Source: a virus
Taxonomy: Duplodnaviria > Caudoviricetes
Strand: one strand, 5' to 3'
Length of the DNA stretch: 24,227 nucleotides
Virus record (IMG/VR): IMGVR_UViG_3300017700_000412
Location: 1-24,227 of that record
Positions 15,445 through 24,146 of the stretch are shown here, piece by piece. The translations under genes and the position numbers were made by a program. The notes under the pieces were generated by a model that saw only the letters and a list, made by a program, of their open reading frames with translations, was not told the origin of the DNA and ran no database searches. Every line of letters begins with the position of its first letter. Within the stretch, counting starts at the first letter, position 1.

Positions 15445-15864
15445 TCAGTCGGCCGTTTCTTCCGGCTCAGGGTCTGTATGCAGCAAGGGTGTTCCCTGCC
15501 CCCAATGCCTGCCGCCGAACAGGCGAACCCCGAGCCACATCGGCCCCCGGCGCCAAGCCGCCACGCCCAGCACCTTGGATGCCTCCGCGAACACTTCATC
15601 GGCCTGCTTGCGGCTCACGCCCTTGACGTTATTGGTATACAGCCAGTCGTGGATAACGGCCGCCTCATCTGCGGCATTCCCGAATAGCCAGTAGGCCAGC
15701 GGCAGGCGCGGGACGCTGGCAAAGTCGGTGCAGAAGCCTGCCGGGACGATCACCACGGCTTTCAACAGCAGCGAGTCGTAGACAAGCGCATGCGTCAATT
15801 CCCAGCCGTCACCAGCGCGCCGCACCTGCAAGGTGGTCATGAAGCGTGGGGCGTCGGCTTTCAT
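15445..15864 (-). CDS. DUF1353 domain protein
   Basis: VPAGF.TDFASVPR, AAVIHDWLY, SRKQAD.VF, MW.GVRLFG. Confidence 0.9.
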   Translation of the reverse strand: MKADAPRFMTTLQVRRAGDGWELTHALVYDSLLLKAVVIVPAGFCTDFASVPRLPLAYWLFGNAADEAAVIHDWLYTNNVKGVSRKQADEVFAEASKVLGVAAWRRGPMWLGVRLFGGRHWGQGTPLLHTDPEPEETAD

Positions 15865-16055
15865 GGCTGGATGCTCCGCCACACCTCCGCCGATTTGCGC
15901 GTGTCCGCGGCACGGTCCAGGGCCTCTTGCGCGACAGCGCGGCGCTTTGCCCGAAGCTCATCTGTCTGGTAGGTGGCGCTCAACTGCCATTCAACGTCAA
16001 GGCCGGCGCAGCCAGACACCGCTAGCAGTGACGCCAGCAACAATGATTTCTTCAT
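15861..16055 (-). CDS. Small lipoprotein in the lysis cassette (possible spanin-like)
   Basis: MKKSLLLASLLAVSG-C lipobox. ATGA overlaps with the lysozyme and DUF1353 genes. Confidence 0.7.
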   Translation of the reverse strand: MKKSLLLASLLAVSGCAGLDVEWQLSATYQTDELRAKRRAVAQEALDRAADTRKSAEVWRSIQP

Positions 16056-16474
16056 TTCAGATACTCCCCGGTTCGCATCATTGCCGCCAAGCGGACGGCG
16101 CGCTGTTTTACTTGCTTGGCCCAGAGCGAGTCGAGCATACCCATGGCCGCGGCGTCGTAGCGGCCTGCACGCATAAATGTCAGCGTGTTCTTGAATGCAA
16201 GCAGGCGCTTGATGCCGAGGTTGAACGCCATGTTCGCCAACACGTTTTGCCGCGCTTCGGACATGTCTCGCCACCAGGGCAGCGCCTTGTCGAGTTCGCG
16301 CTCGACAATGTCGATATCGTTTTTCAGCATCAGCGCAATTTCATCTTCCGAAAACTCACGATCCGACAGGTTGCGCCCCACGCCGGCAGTCCACTTTCCC
16401 ACGGTGTCCTGGTACATCTTCGAGCGCTTGCCTTCGTCAATTTCCAACTGGGCGGCCAGCTTTTCGCGGTTCAT
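16052..16474 (-). CDS. Endolysin, T4-lysozyme-like (GH24)
   Basis: True start at 16474: DEG.R...Y.DT.G..T.GVGRNL (E-D-T triad), NMAFNLG, DS.WAKQV..RA.RL...MRTG. Confidence 0.93.
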   Translation of the reverse strand: MNREKLAAQLEIDEGKRSKMYQDTVGKWTAGVGRNLSDREFSEDEIALMLKNDIDIVERELDKALPWWRDMSEARQNVLANMAFNLGIKRLLAFKNTLTFMRAGRYDAAAMGMLDSLWAKQVKQRAVRLAAMMRTGEYLK

Positions 16475-16683
16475 TTGTGCCACCCTGCGCCGATCAGCGC
16501 CAGATAGACCAACCCGGCGAACGCCGCCGCCATAACGCCCCAGAACGTGTAGCGCCCGAAGGTGGCAAACTGCTCGTTCATCCATTCCTTGATGGCCTCT
16601 TTTACTGCCTCTTTTTGGGCGGCGCGGTCGATTGGTGGCGGCATGGCTCTTCTCCTTTCGTGTGGTGGTCGGTTGTTGGTCAT
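16471..16683 (-). CDS. Holin-like small membrane protein
   Basis: One C-terminal TM segment, directly upstream of the endolysin. KEAVKEAIKEW motif. Two plausible starts (16683 and 16644). Confidence 0.65.
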   Translation of the reverse strand: MTNNRPPHERRRAMPPPIDRAAQKEAVKEAIKEWMNEQFATFGRYTFWGVMAAAFAGLVYLALIGAGWHK

Positions 16684-18143
16684 GCGATACCCCATATACG
16701 CGTAATGGCGTCTGCGCCAGCGCCGGAAGCCGTACCGGTCTGCGTTGCGCCGCCGCCACCGCCTGGCACTGTTCCCGCGGTACCGTTGGACGCAATGGAC
16801 GCCGCGCCGCCAGCGCCGCCGCGCTTCGATGTCCCAGGGGCACGAATGACGCCGGAGGCCGTAACGGACCCGCCACAGCCGCCGCCGTTGACGGTCGCTG
16901 TGTTTCCGTTTGAGGATGTGTCACTTGATGGATTGGTGCCGCCCCAAACATGCGGCCTCGTGCCGGTAGACGCGGCGACAGACTCAAACCCGCTCGCAAT
17001 TGCAGCGCTGCTAATTCCCTTGAATCCAGCCACAGCGCCGCCGACAAGGTGGCTGGCACCAGTGATGGTGAGCAGCGCTCCAATTGTCGTATCGCCGCCC
17101 GCATTGCCAGCAGCCACGGTCGTAACCGCCACGCCGCCGGCACCGTTGGTGATGGTTTCGGTTGCCCCCATGGAGCTCGCCAGGAAGCGGAACGGGTAGC
17201 AGCCACCGCCCGCGCCTCCCCTCGATTGTGTACCGACATCATTTGTGCGCTCACCGCTGGCGGCTGCGCTCCATGCCTCGCCTTCGTGAACCACGTAGCC
17301 GGGTGGCTTCGTCCAAGTATTGGCGCCCACCGTCGCGAATTCCTTGAAATACGGGCTGATCACAACCGATGTAAAGCCGGTACCGTCACAAGTGATCAGG
17401 CGGCATTCCTGCGGGTACATGACGTAGCTTGCAAGCCCGTCGATCAGTTCCGCGCCGCTTGGGTCCAGCGTGATATCGCCTGTTCCGCTGTTGCGCAGCA
17501 TGACGGACCAGCCATTCCCCAGCGTTGCTGCCGCCGTGAATGTTTGTGAAAACGTTCCGCTTGTGATATCGACCAAATGCAGGTTGTCGGCAATGCCGAG
17601 AATCGTGTTTGCTGTGCGAGCATCGCGGCGCCGATGGTAGCCCCAGGATGCGCTGGCGCCGTCCGTGACGATCTCGCGCCCAGCGTTACCGCTTTGTCCC
17701 GGCAAGATTCCAGCAAGACCAGCGGCCACCACAAAAGCGGTGGAAGCTGCATCTGGGCCGTTGTCGCCAGGCGTACGGGTTGGCACTGTCACTGATGTGG
17801 CGCCATCGAGGTCAACCACCCCTGTGATGGTCATGCCGCCCGAACCAGTCATGCCGCCTGAGTACGTGACGCCTCCGGTCCAGCTTGGCGCCACAAACAC
17901 CTGTGCAAAATTGACCGCGTCCGTTCCAACGGACCCGGCCGCCAGCCCGGTGATTTTATTCTCCCCCATCGGGATATCGTTCGTTGCAGGGCTTTGACCG
18001 TCCCGCGTGATGCAGTTCGACAAGCCGTCCGCGATATCGTTGCTGTCGGTGTCGGTGCGCGTGGCATCGACAAAAAGACCGTTTGCTTCGTCGTTGACCC
18101 ACTGGTAAATGCGCTCAAAGAGCCCTGTCCCATTGAAAGGCAA
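16680..18143 (-). CDS. Tail fibre or receptor-binding protein with Gly-rich C-terminus
   Basis: TTG start after AAGGAG. N-terminal attachment segment (DIADGLSNCITRDGQ), DN...AASTAFV tail-fibre motif, GGAGG repeats. Confidence 0.8.
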   Translation of the reverse strand: MPFNGTGLFERIYQWVNDEANGLFVDATRTDTDSNDIADGLSNCITRDGQSPATNDIPMGENKITGLAAGSVGTDAVNFAQVFVAPSWTGGVTYSGGMTGSGGMTITGVVDLDGATSVTVPTRTPGDNGPDAASTAFVVAAGLAGILPGQSGNAGREIVTDGASASWGYHRRRDARTANTILGIADNLHLVDITSGTFSQTFTAAATLGNGWSVMLRNSGTGDITLDPSGAELIDGLASYVMYPQECRLITCDGTGFTSVVISPYFKEFATVGANTWTKPPGYVVHEGEAWSAAASGERTNDVGTQSRGGAGGGCYPFRFLASSMGATETITNGAGGVAVTTVAAGNAGGDTTIGALLTITGASHLVGGAVAGFKGISSAAIASGFESVAASTGTRPHVWGGTNPSSDTSSNGNTATVNGGGCGGSVTASGVIRAPGTSKRGGAGGAASIASNGTAGTVPGGGGGATQTGTASGAGADAITRIWGIA

Positions 18144-18159
18144 AATATTCTCCTTATGC

Positions 18160-20079
18160 CTAGTCGGCGTTGGTGGTTGAATTGGCCGTGCCTACTGCCC
18201 CAGCTTGCGCTGCGGCCTTCATGACCTCGGCGTACTTTGACGGCGGCACCCCGGCGCGCTGCATAGCCTGGGCCGCCTTGGACGGGTCCTTCAGGATGTC
18301 GGCGAGCAGGTGCCTCATGGTTTCGTCGTTCTTGGTATAGAGGATGTCGCCCACGGTCTTGGCCATGCCGCCAACCGAGCGCAGCGGCGCCAGGTTCTGC
18401 ACCCAGGACGGCAGGCCAGATTCCGCGATCATGTTCGACATGGCCATTTTCTGGACCGTGTCAGAGCCCACGCCGCGCCCTGCATTCTCTGCCGTGGCCT
18501 TCATCTGAGAATCGGATACCACGCCCTGCAACAGCTTCATCTGGTCCGGGTCCATAATTTTCTCAAGTTCAGCATTTTTCAGGCCGGTTACATTTTTTGC
18601 CAACTTGTCGCCGTTGCGTAACGCCTTTGCATAAGAATCGGCGGTAGCCTTGAATGGGACATCAGCACCATCAGCCAAAGAGGGTACGAAGCGCTTATAC
18701 AATTCGGTACCGATATCCATTTGATTCACTGGCTTGTTCATTTCGATGTGGCCAAGCCTCGCCTGCTGATAGCTTTCCGGAAGCTCATTCAACAGTTTGT
18801 TGCGGGTCGCCATAATGGCGGCAGCCTCACGCTTGGCAATGCCCTGCGTAGGGTCTGAAAGCATCGCATCCATGCCCATTTTCAGGGTATGCATGTCCCG
18901 AACAGGAACTGAATCAACTGGTGGCAATTCAAAAGATCCACTCCCGGGTATCTGCTCGCCAGGGACGCTGATTTCTGGCCTTGGTCGTGGCTCTATGCTT
19001 GCGTAAGGGTTGTACCGTTCTGCGGGCCCGAGGACAACAGAGGGCTGTGCTGTACGTGGTGGTACTGGAATCGTCTGCGGATTCATATCTTTTAGACGGG
19101 CTTGATATGGCATGCTCATTTCGTCAGCTAAGGAAAGCGCCCTTTTTTCCGCTTTCTGCATCGATGGCCTTTTCGCCAATTTAGAAAGCGTTGGCGTTAC
19201 TGGCGTACTTTCTTTGAACGCCTCCCCATATAGCCGTTTAGCCTGTTTTTCTACCTGCTCGACTGCTGCGGCCCTATCCTCTGGCGTCTTCGCCACACTG
19301 CGCAGCGCATTGACCAGTGCGGCGCGCTGGCTCTTGTCGATATCACCGAATCCGGCCGGGTCGATGGCGCGGGCAGCGCGCTCGATAGAGGCGATACCGG
19401 CATCGTCCGAAGACTGGCCGGCCGTTGGCAGGAAATCCGGCGTGGCGCCCTGGCGGCTCAGCATGTTGGCCTGTGCCAGGGCTTTGTCGGACGCGGCGCG
19501 GTTCAGGGTGCCGCCGACAATGCGCTGCCGGCCGGCGTCGGTAAAGGGGTCGATCAGGGCGGATTTCGCCACCTTGGCGCCGCGTACCAGAGCAGGGACG
19601 GCCGCACCGGCAACCCCGCCGATGGCCGCATTCTGGCCGCGGCTCTCGTCCGATCCGACAGGCTGAACGGCACCGCTCAGCGCGCCAATGAGCGCACCGC
19701 CGCCGATGGTGTTGGCGCCCGGGATCATAGCCGTAGGCGCGAAGGCGGCGACACCTCCAGCGATATTTCCGCCGATTCCCCAGCCGGTATTCATCAGTGC
19801 CTTGCTGCGGTCCTTCAGGTCATCAACGCTTTCCTGTGTCGGCAGGCCCAGCCGATCGCCCAGTTTGTCGCCTACCACGCCACGGGCAAGCTGGCCGGCG
19901 CCCTGTCCAACATCATAGAAAGCCTTGCCGGCGCCAGCGCCGAATTTTTCAAGGCGCGTCATGTCCGCCGTGGCGTCCGGCACGCTGTTGCGCTGGATGG
20001 CGGCGACAATCTCCGGGTCTGTCATGCTGTCCGGGAACTCGACGCGCCCCTGTCCAGGGACATCGATAATTTTTGGCAT
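18160..20079 (-). CDS. Internal virion / DNA ejection protein
   Basis: EFPD.M....I..AI N-terminal motif, Gly/Ala-rich hydrophobic segments, GSDT..K motif near the C-terminus, and position in the operon. Confidence 0.65.
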   Translation of the reverse strand: MPKIIDVPGQGRVEFPDSMTDPEIVAAIQRNSVPDATADMTRLEKFGAGAGKAFYDVGQGAGQLARGVVGDKLGDRLGLPTQESVDDLKDRSKALMNTGWGIGGNIAGGVAAFAPTAMIPGANTIGGGALIGALSGAVQPVGSDESRGQNAAIGGVAGAAVPALVRGAKVAKSALIDPFTDAGRQRIVGGTLNRAASDKALAQANMLSRQGATPDFLPTAGQSSDDAGIASIERAARAIDPAGFGDIDKSQRAALVNALRSVAKTPEDRAAAVEQVEKQAKRLYGEAFKESTPVTPTLSKLAKRPSMQKAEKRALSLADEMSMPYQARLKDMNPQTIPVPPRTAQPSVVLGPAERYNPYASIEPRPRPEISVPGEQIPGSGSFELPPVDSVPVRDMHTLKMGMDAMLSDPTQGIAKREAAAIMATRNKLLNELPESYQQARLGHIEMNKPVNQMDIGTELYKRFVPSLADGADVPFKATADSYAKALRNGDKLAKNVTGLKNAELEKIMDPDQMKLLQGVVSDSQMKATAENAGRGVGSDTVQKMAMSNMIAESGLPSWVQNLAPLRSVGGMAKTVGDILYTKNDETMRHLLADILKDPSKAAQAMQRAGVPPSKYAEVMKAAAQAGAVGTANSTTNAD

Positions 20080-21653
20080 TATTCGATCCTCCCGGTAGCT
20101 GGGTTGTATTTCCTCACTGCACCAGAATCCTTATTGGCGCTAACAGTTTTCGCCGCAGTGCCGCCCTGCGCATCATCAAGAATTGCCTGATTGATGCGCA
20201 TGATAGTCTTGGCTGCTTCGCGCTTCTGCCCAGCTGGAATAGTTGGGTCTCCCAGATTGCCTGCCGCCTCTTTGTAAAGCGCCATGTCCTTATCGGATGT
20301 TGGCCCCGGCTGTTTTTCAATGCGCGAGGTAAGCCCAGCACCAATAACAGCAAGCTGTGCGGCAGCTTGGGACGATTTGCTGCTGTGGCCAACCATATTC
20401 CCGGCCTTATCGCGCAAGGAACCTACCGTGCTACCGGTGGCAATATCGAGCAACGGCTCTGCCATTTTCAACAGTTCAACCGTTGTCTTTGCCCCTTTGA
20501 TTTTTGCCAGCTCTTCAGGTGCCTGTGCAGCCAACAAGCGGGCTTGCTCGACCGCGTAAGCAGTCCGAACGGCGGATGTTTCTGCCTCTCTTTGGGCATC
20601 GGTTTGCAGCTTAATACCCGGCGTTGTCTGCTGTCCTGGGCCAATCTCGCGCCGGATGGCCGCCAGGTCGCCTGCCTTGCGCGGGTCGCTGTCGGGCCGC
20701 GCCATGATGGCCGCCATTTCCTGCTGAAGGATTTCGCTACGCGGCTGCACGCCTGGCGTTGGCGCCGGCATCTGCGTGCCTGCCGGGAAGCCCTGCGCGC
20801 CCTGTTGCTGGGCCGCTGGTGCTTGTTGCGGCTGTCCGCCTGCCATGGCTGCCGCCTGCTGGCGCGTCATCATCTGCGGGCCTTGTGGCGTGTTCACCGT
20901 GACCATGTCGAACCCGGCTTGCGCGCCGGCTTCCGCTGCCTTGACCTGGCCGGCCTGTTGCGCAATGACTTCGCTTCCAGGAATGGCTGCCATGGTCGGC
21001 TGGCCGTTCGGCCCGAAGCCACCGGCAAAGCCGCTCTTGAAGTCCGGCGCCGTCACCATCGGTTTCATGTCGCCATCGTAAATTGTCGTACCAGGAGTGG
21101 CCTCGGTGCGGCCTTTCTTGAGCGCTTCGGCAAATTTGGCAGCACCCATCTTCTGCGGGTCGATGCCCTGGGCGCGCATGTTCTTCTGTTCGTCGGTTTG
21201 CGTGAGGATGTTCTTCATCAGGTCCGCGCCCAGCGTCGGGTTGAATTCATAGGCCGCCGTGGCCTGCTCCCATCGCCTGTTCATTTCAGGATCGGCAGGC
21301 GCGTCACCAGCCATGGACGCCTGTGGCGTAGCGCCCAGCGTGGCCTGCTCGCTGTTCGGGTTCATCTTTGCCAGAACTGCCGCCATGCGCTCGCGCTTCT
21401 GTGCGCCAATGTCGGCTTGCTTCTCATCGACTTTCTTCTGCCCGTAAGCGCTGGCCGCAATCTGCGCCAGCTGCGAGAACATGCCGAGCTTCCCTTGCGG
21501 GATGGCGCGCCCTGACACAATCTGTGTTTCCTGCGGCGTGGATGCGTTCCGGCGCAAGGCGTCGATCATCGCCTGGCGGCGCTGCAATTCCATCTGCTGG
21601 GCTTCCAGGTCGCCGTTGCCGGTACCGAAGCTGATTGTTTTTACGCTAGGCAT
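20079..21653 (-). CDS. Internal virion / DNA ejection protein
   Basis: LQRRQAM.DAL...QIVSGR N-terminus, G..SDKD...Y..AAG C-terminus, ends KYNPATGRIE. Confidence 0.65.
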   Translation of the reverse strand: MPSVKTISFGTGNGDLEAQQMELQRRQAMIDALRRNASTPQETQIVSGRAIPQGKLGMFSQLAQIAASAYGQKKVDEKQADIGAQKRERMAAVLAKMNPNSEQATLGATPQASMAGDAPADPEMNRRWEQATAAYEFNPTLGADLMKNILTQTDEQKNMRAQGIDPQKMGAAKFAEALKKGRTEATPGTTIYDGDMKPMVTAPDFKSGFAGGFGPNGQPTMAAIPGSEVIAQQAGQVKAAEAGAQAGFDMVTVNTPQGPQMMTRQQAAAMAGGQPQQAPAAQQQGAQGFPAGTQMPAPTPGVQPRSEILQQEMAAIMARPDSDPRKAGDLAAIRREIGPGQQTTPGIKLQTDAQREAETSAVRTAYAVEQARLLAAQAPEELAKIKGAKTTVELLKMAEPLLDIATGSTVGSLRDKAGNMVGHSSKSSQAAAQLAVIGAGLTSRIEKQPGPTSDKDMALYKEAAGNLGDPTIPAGQKREAAKTIMRINQAILDDAQGGTAAKTVSANKDSGAVRKYNPATGRIE

Positions 21654-22371
21654 CGCAAACCCCCATGTGCTGCAAATCGTTCATGATTTCTTGTCGGATC
21701 AGGATCAAGCGCCGCTGCACTTCGGCGCCCTTCTCTGGGTGGTGCTTCTTCAGGTACGGCAGTTTCCACTGGTTCTCTTGCAGGTAGGCCGTGCAGGACC
21801 AGCAGTCCAGCGAGGTGTTCGCGTCGGCGTAGTGCGCCGGCAGCAGGGCGCTACCCTTGATGTAGCCCATCACCTGGGCGTCGGTCCAGCCTTCCAGTGG
21901 GAACCAGTATTCGGCGCCGGCCATCGTGTCGCCGCTCTTGACCGGGCTCTTGTGGTGGTCCGCAGCCTTCTGGCCCCGGATAATCAGCGTGGCGCCGGCC
22001 GCCAATGTCGCTTCGTGCATCGGCTGCATCAGATTGGCGTAGCAGCAGGCCAGGAAGCCCTGTAGCGGCACGCGCTGCTGTTGGGTGAGGAACTGGGTTT
22101 CGCGGTGGTTGCGCACCGGCAGAACGTCAACAGGGTAGCCGTTGGCCTCAACCTGTTCCGGCTGGCGCCCGGCCACTTCCACGAAGTTCGGGCACATGGC
22201 GCGCACCAGTTCCATCTGGGCCAGCGTTTCCGGCAGCGCGGCGCCCGTGTTCATCCACAGAACAGTGATGCGGTGCAGGTGCTCCCGCAGCAGCAGCAGG
22301 CAGCAAATGCTGTCCTTGCCGCCCGAGAACTGAAGCACGATATTGTCATGCCGGTCGAGAGGGCTGCTCAT
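21646..22371 (-). CDS. PAPS/APS reductase family PP-loop protein, probable Fe-S
   Basis: LQFSGGKDS PP-loop, NTG, CC pair, RGQK..D, PL..WT..QV..Y, SLDCWSCT. Confidence 0.88.
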   Translation of the reverse strand: MSSPLDRHDNIVLQFSGGKDSICCLLLLREHLHRITVLWMNTGAALPETLAQMELVRAMCPNFVEVAGRQPEQVEANGYPVDVLPVRNHRETQFLTQQQRVPLQGFLACCYANLMQPMHEATLAAGATLIIRGQKAADHHKSPVKSGDTMAGAEYWFPLEGWTDAQVMGYIKGSALLPAHYADANTSLDCWSCTAYLQENQWKLPYLKKHHPEKGAEVQRRLILIRQEIMNDLQHMGVCDA

Positions 22372-24146
22372 CAGTACGCCGCCGCTGCCGCCGCCGCCAG
22401 GCCGACTAGCCCCTGTTGGTTGCTGTTGTTGGTGGCGATTTCACCGTTGTACTGGGCCAGCCCAGCCTGATACTGCTGGTTGTACAGCCCGGCAATGTCG
22501 GTCGGAGCGACGTTCGACCCAGGCGCATTGCCGAACTGCGGTGCCGTCACCTGGGACCCGCTGCGCAGCGCGTTCAGGATATTGATAGGGTTCTGCTGCG
22601 CCTGGTATGCCTCGTTCAGTTGGTTGCTGCGCATGGCGCTGTCGTTGGCGAACTGCTGCGCGCCGGCCTGGTTGTTGAGCTGGGCGCCAGCCAGTCCCTG
22701 AGAATACAGGTTGCTGGAAACCTGGTTGTTCATGGCGGCATTGCTCTGCGCCTGTCCGAAGCCCTGAGCCTGCGCCGCGTTGTTGGCCTGCATGCCGGCC
22801 AGGTTCTGGCCGAACTGCGTGCTTTGCGCGTTGTTCGCAAAATTGCCTTGCGCCAGATTCTGCCCGAACTGCTGCGCCTGCGCGGCGTTCGCCCGGTCCA
22901 TGCTGGCGCCGCCCTGGGCAAATTGCTGGGCCTGCGCGTCGTTGGCGAAATTCCCCTGCGTGACGCCCTGGCCAAACTGCTGCTGCTGGCCCAGGTTGTT
23001 GAATGCCGCATCGTTGGCGTTCTGCGTGTATTGCTGGCTCTGGGCAGCGTTCCCGGCCAGCATCTGCTGCATGCGCTGGTCGCTAAGCTGGCTCGATACC
23101 GAGTTGTTCAACTGGGCGTTCTGCATGTTCTGCCCGAAGCTCTGGGCCTGGGCCGCGTTTGCGAACTGCCCGTTGTTGAGCGCCTGTCCGTAGGCATTCT
23201 GATTGCTGGCCAGGCCCTGGTTGTACAGTTGCCCCTGGGCGCTCATGCCCTTGTCGAAGCTGTTGTTGAAGGCGTTGTTGTAGTCGAACGTGCGCTGCTG
23301 GCCCAGGTTCTGCATTTCCCGGTTCCACGCATCCGATCCTTGCAGCACGCCCTGTTGGATCAGCTTGTTTTCCATGTCACGCTCACGCTGCTGGTAACTG
23401 GTGTCCAGGTACTGCGATTGCATGTTGTAGGCCGCCTTCTGGGAGTCCTGCATGGTGCCGCGCAGGGCATCGCCACCAACCATGCCGGGGACATTCGCCA
23501 TATCGACCTGGCGCTGCAATTCGCCGCCGCTGACGCCACGCGTGTAATCCTCGGTACCGGTCTTGTTGATGCCGCTCTGGATATTCCCGGCGCTGTTGAT
23601 GCTCGTGCGGATAGGGCCGCCAGCGGTGACACTACCTTGAATCTGGCCGCTGTCTGCCATCTGCCCCTGAATCTGGCCCCCGCTCGCAACTTGCGATTGC
23701 TGGCGGCCGGCACCGTTCATCTGGTTCTGGATTTGGCCGTATGCCGCCCCCGTCTGCATTTGCGGAATACCGGACATGTCCACAGCCGATTGCGGGGGCG
23801 TGTTGCGCACCTGCTGCATGCCGCTCGTGTTGATGGGATTGTTCACCGCATCCTGAACGCGCCCGATTTGCGCCTGGCCCAGGTCGGCCATGCTCTGGCT
23901 GGTAGCGTTGCTCGAATCGAGCAGGCGCTGCTGTGCCGGGTCCAGCGATACAGTGCTGGTCCACTGCCGCGTGCCGTCGCCGTTGTCGGCGCCCTGGGTG
24001 TAGGTCTGCGAGCCCCACGGCGTGACCTGGTTGACGCGGTTCAGGTTCGCTTGCGCGTTGGCCGTGTCGATATTGCCCTGCGTCTGCGCATTGGCAACGA
24101 CAACCGGGTCCGGTGCTTTCGGTGCTGCTGGCGTACTTTTACCCAT
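22371..24146 (-). CDS. Q/N/G-rich ejection (pilot) protein with 10-aa and 18-aa repeats
   Basis: MGKS.P.AP.APDP...A.AQ...N....NRVNQ.TPWG N-terminus. Follows the GNAT gene, as in the P22 gp14-gp7 order. Confidence 0.75.
   Translation of the reverse strand: MGKSTPAAPKAPDPVVVANAQTQGNIDTANAQANLNRVNQVTPWGSQTYTQGADNGDGTRQWTSTVSLDPAQQRLLDSSNATSQSMADLGQAQIGRVQDAVNNPINTSGMQQVRNTPPQSAVDMSGIPQMQTGAAYGQIQNQMNGAGRQQSQVASGGQIQGQMADSGQIQGSVTAGGPIRTSINSAGNIQSGINKTGTEDYTRGVSGGELQRQVDMANVPGMVGGDALRGTMQDSQKAAYNMQSQYLDTSYQQRERDMENKLIQQGVLQGSDAWNREMQNLGQQRTFDYNNAFNNSFDKGMSAQGQLYNQGLASNQNAYGQALNNGQFANAAQAQSFGQNMQNAQLNNSVSSQLSDQRMQQMLAGNAAQSQQYTQNANDAAFNNLGQQQQFGQGVTQGNFANDAQAQQFAQGGASMDRANAAQAQQFGQNLAQGNFANNAQSTQFGQNLAGMQANNAAQAQGFGQAQSNAAMNNQVSSNLYSQGLAGAQLNNQAGAQQFANDSAMRSNQLNEAYQAQQNPINILNALRSGSQVTAPQFGNAPGSNVAPTDIAGLYNQQYQAGLAQYNGEIATNNSNQQGLVGLAAAAAAAY

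Noticed and set aside
16475-17254. 400-aa extended lysozyme ORF
   Set aside because: The extension overlaps the holin and tail-fibre genes in another frame. The lysozyme domain starts at the coupled ATG at 16474.
21646-22371. True cysH or dndC gene
   Set aside because: Lacks ECGLH, is much shorter than DndC, and has no pathway partners in the window.
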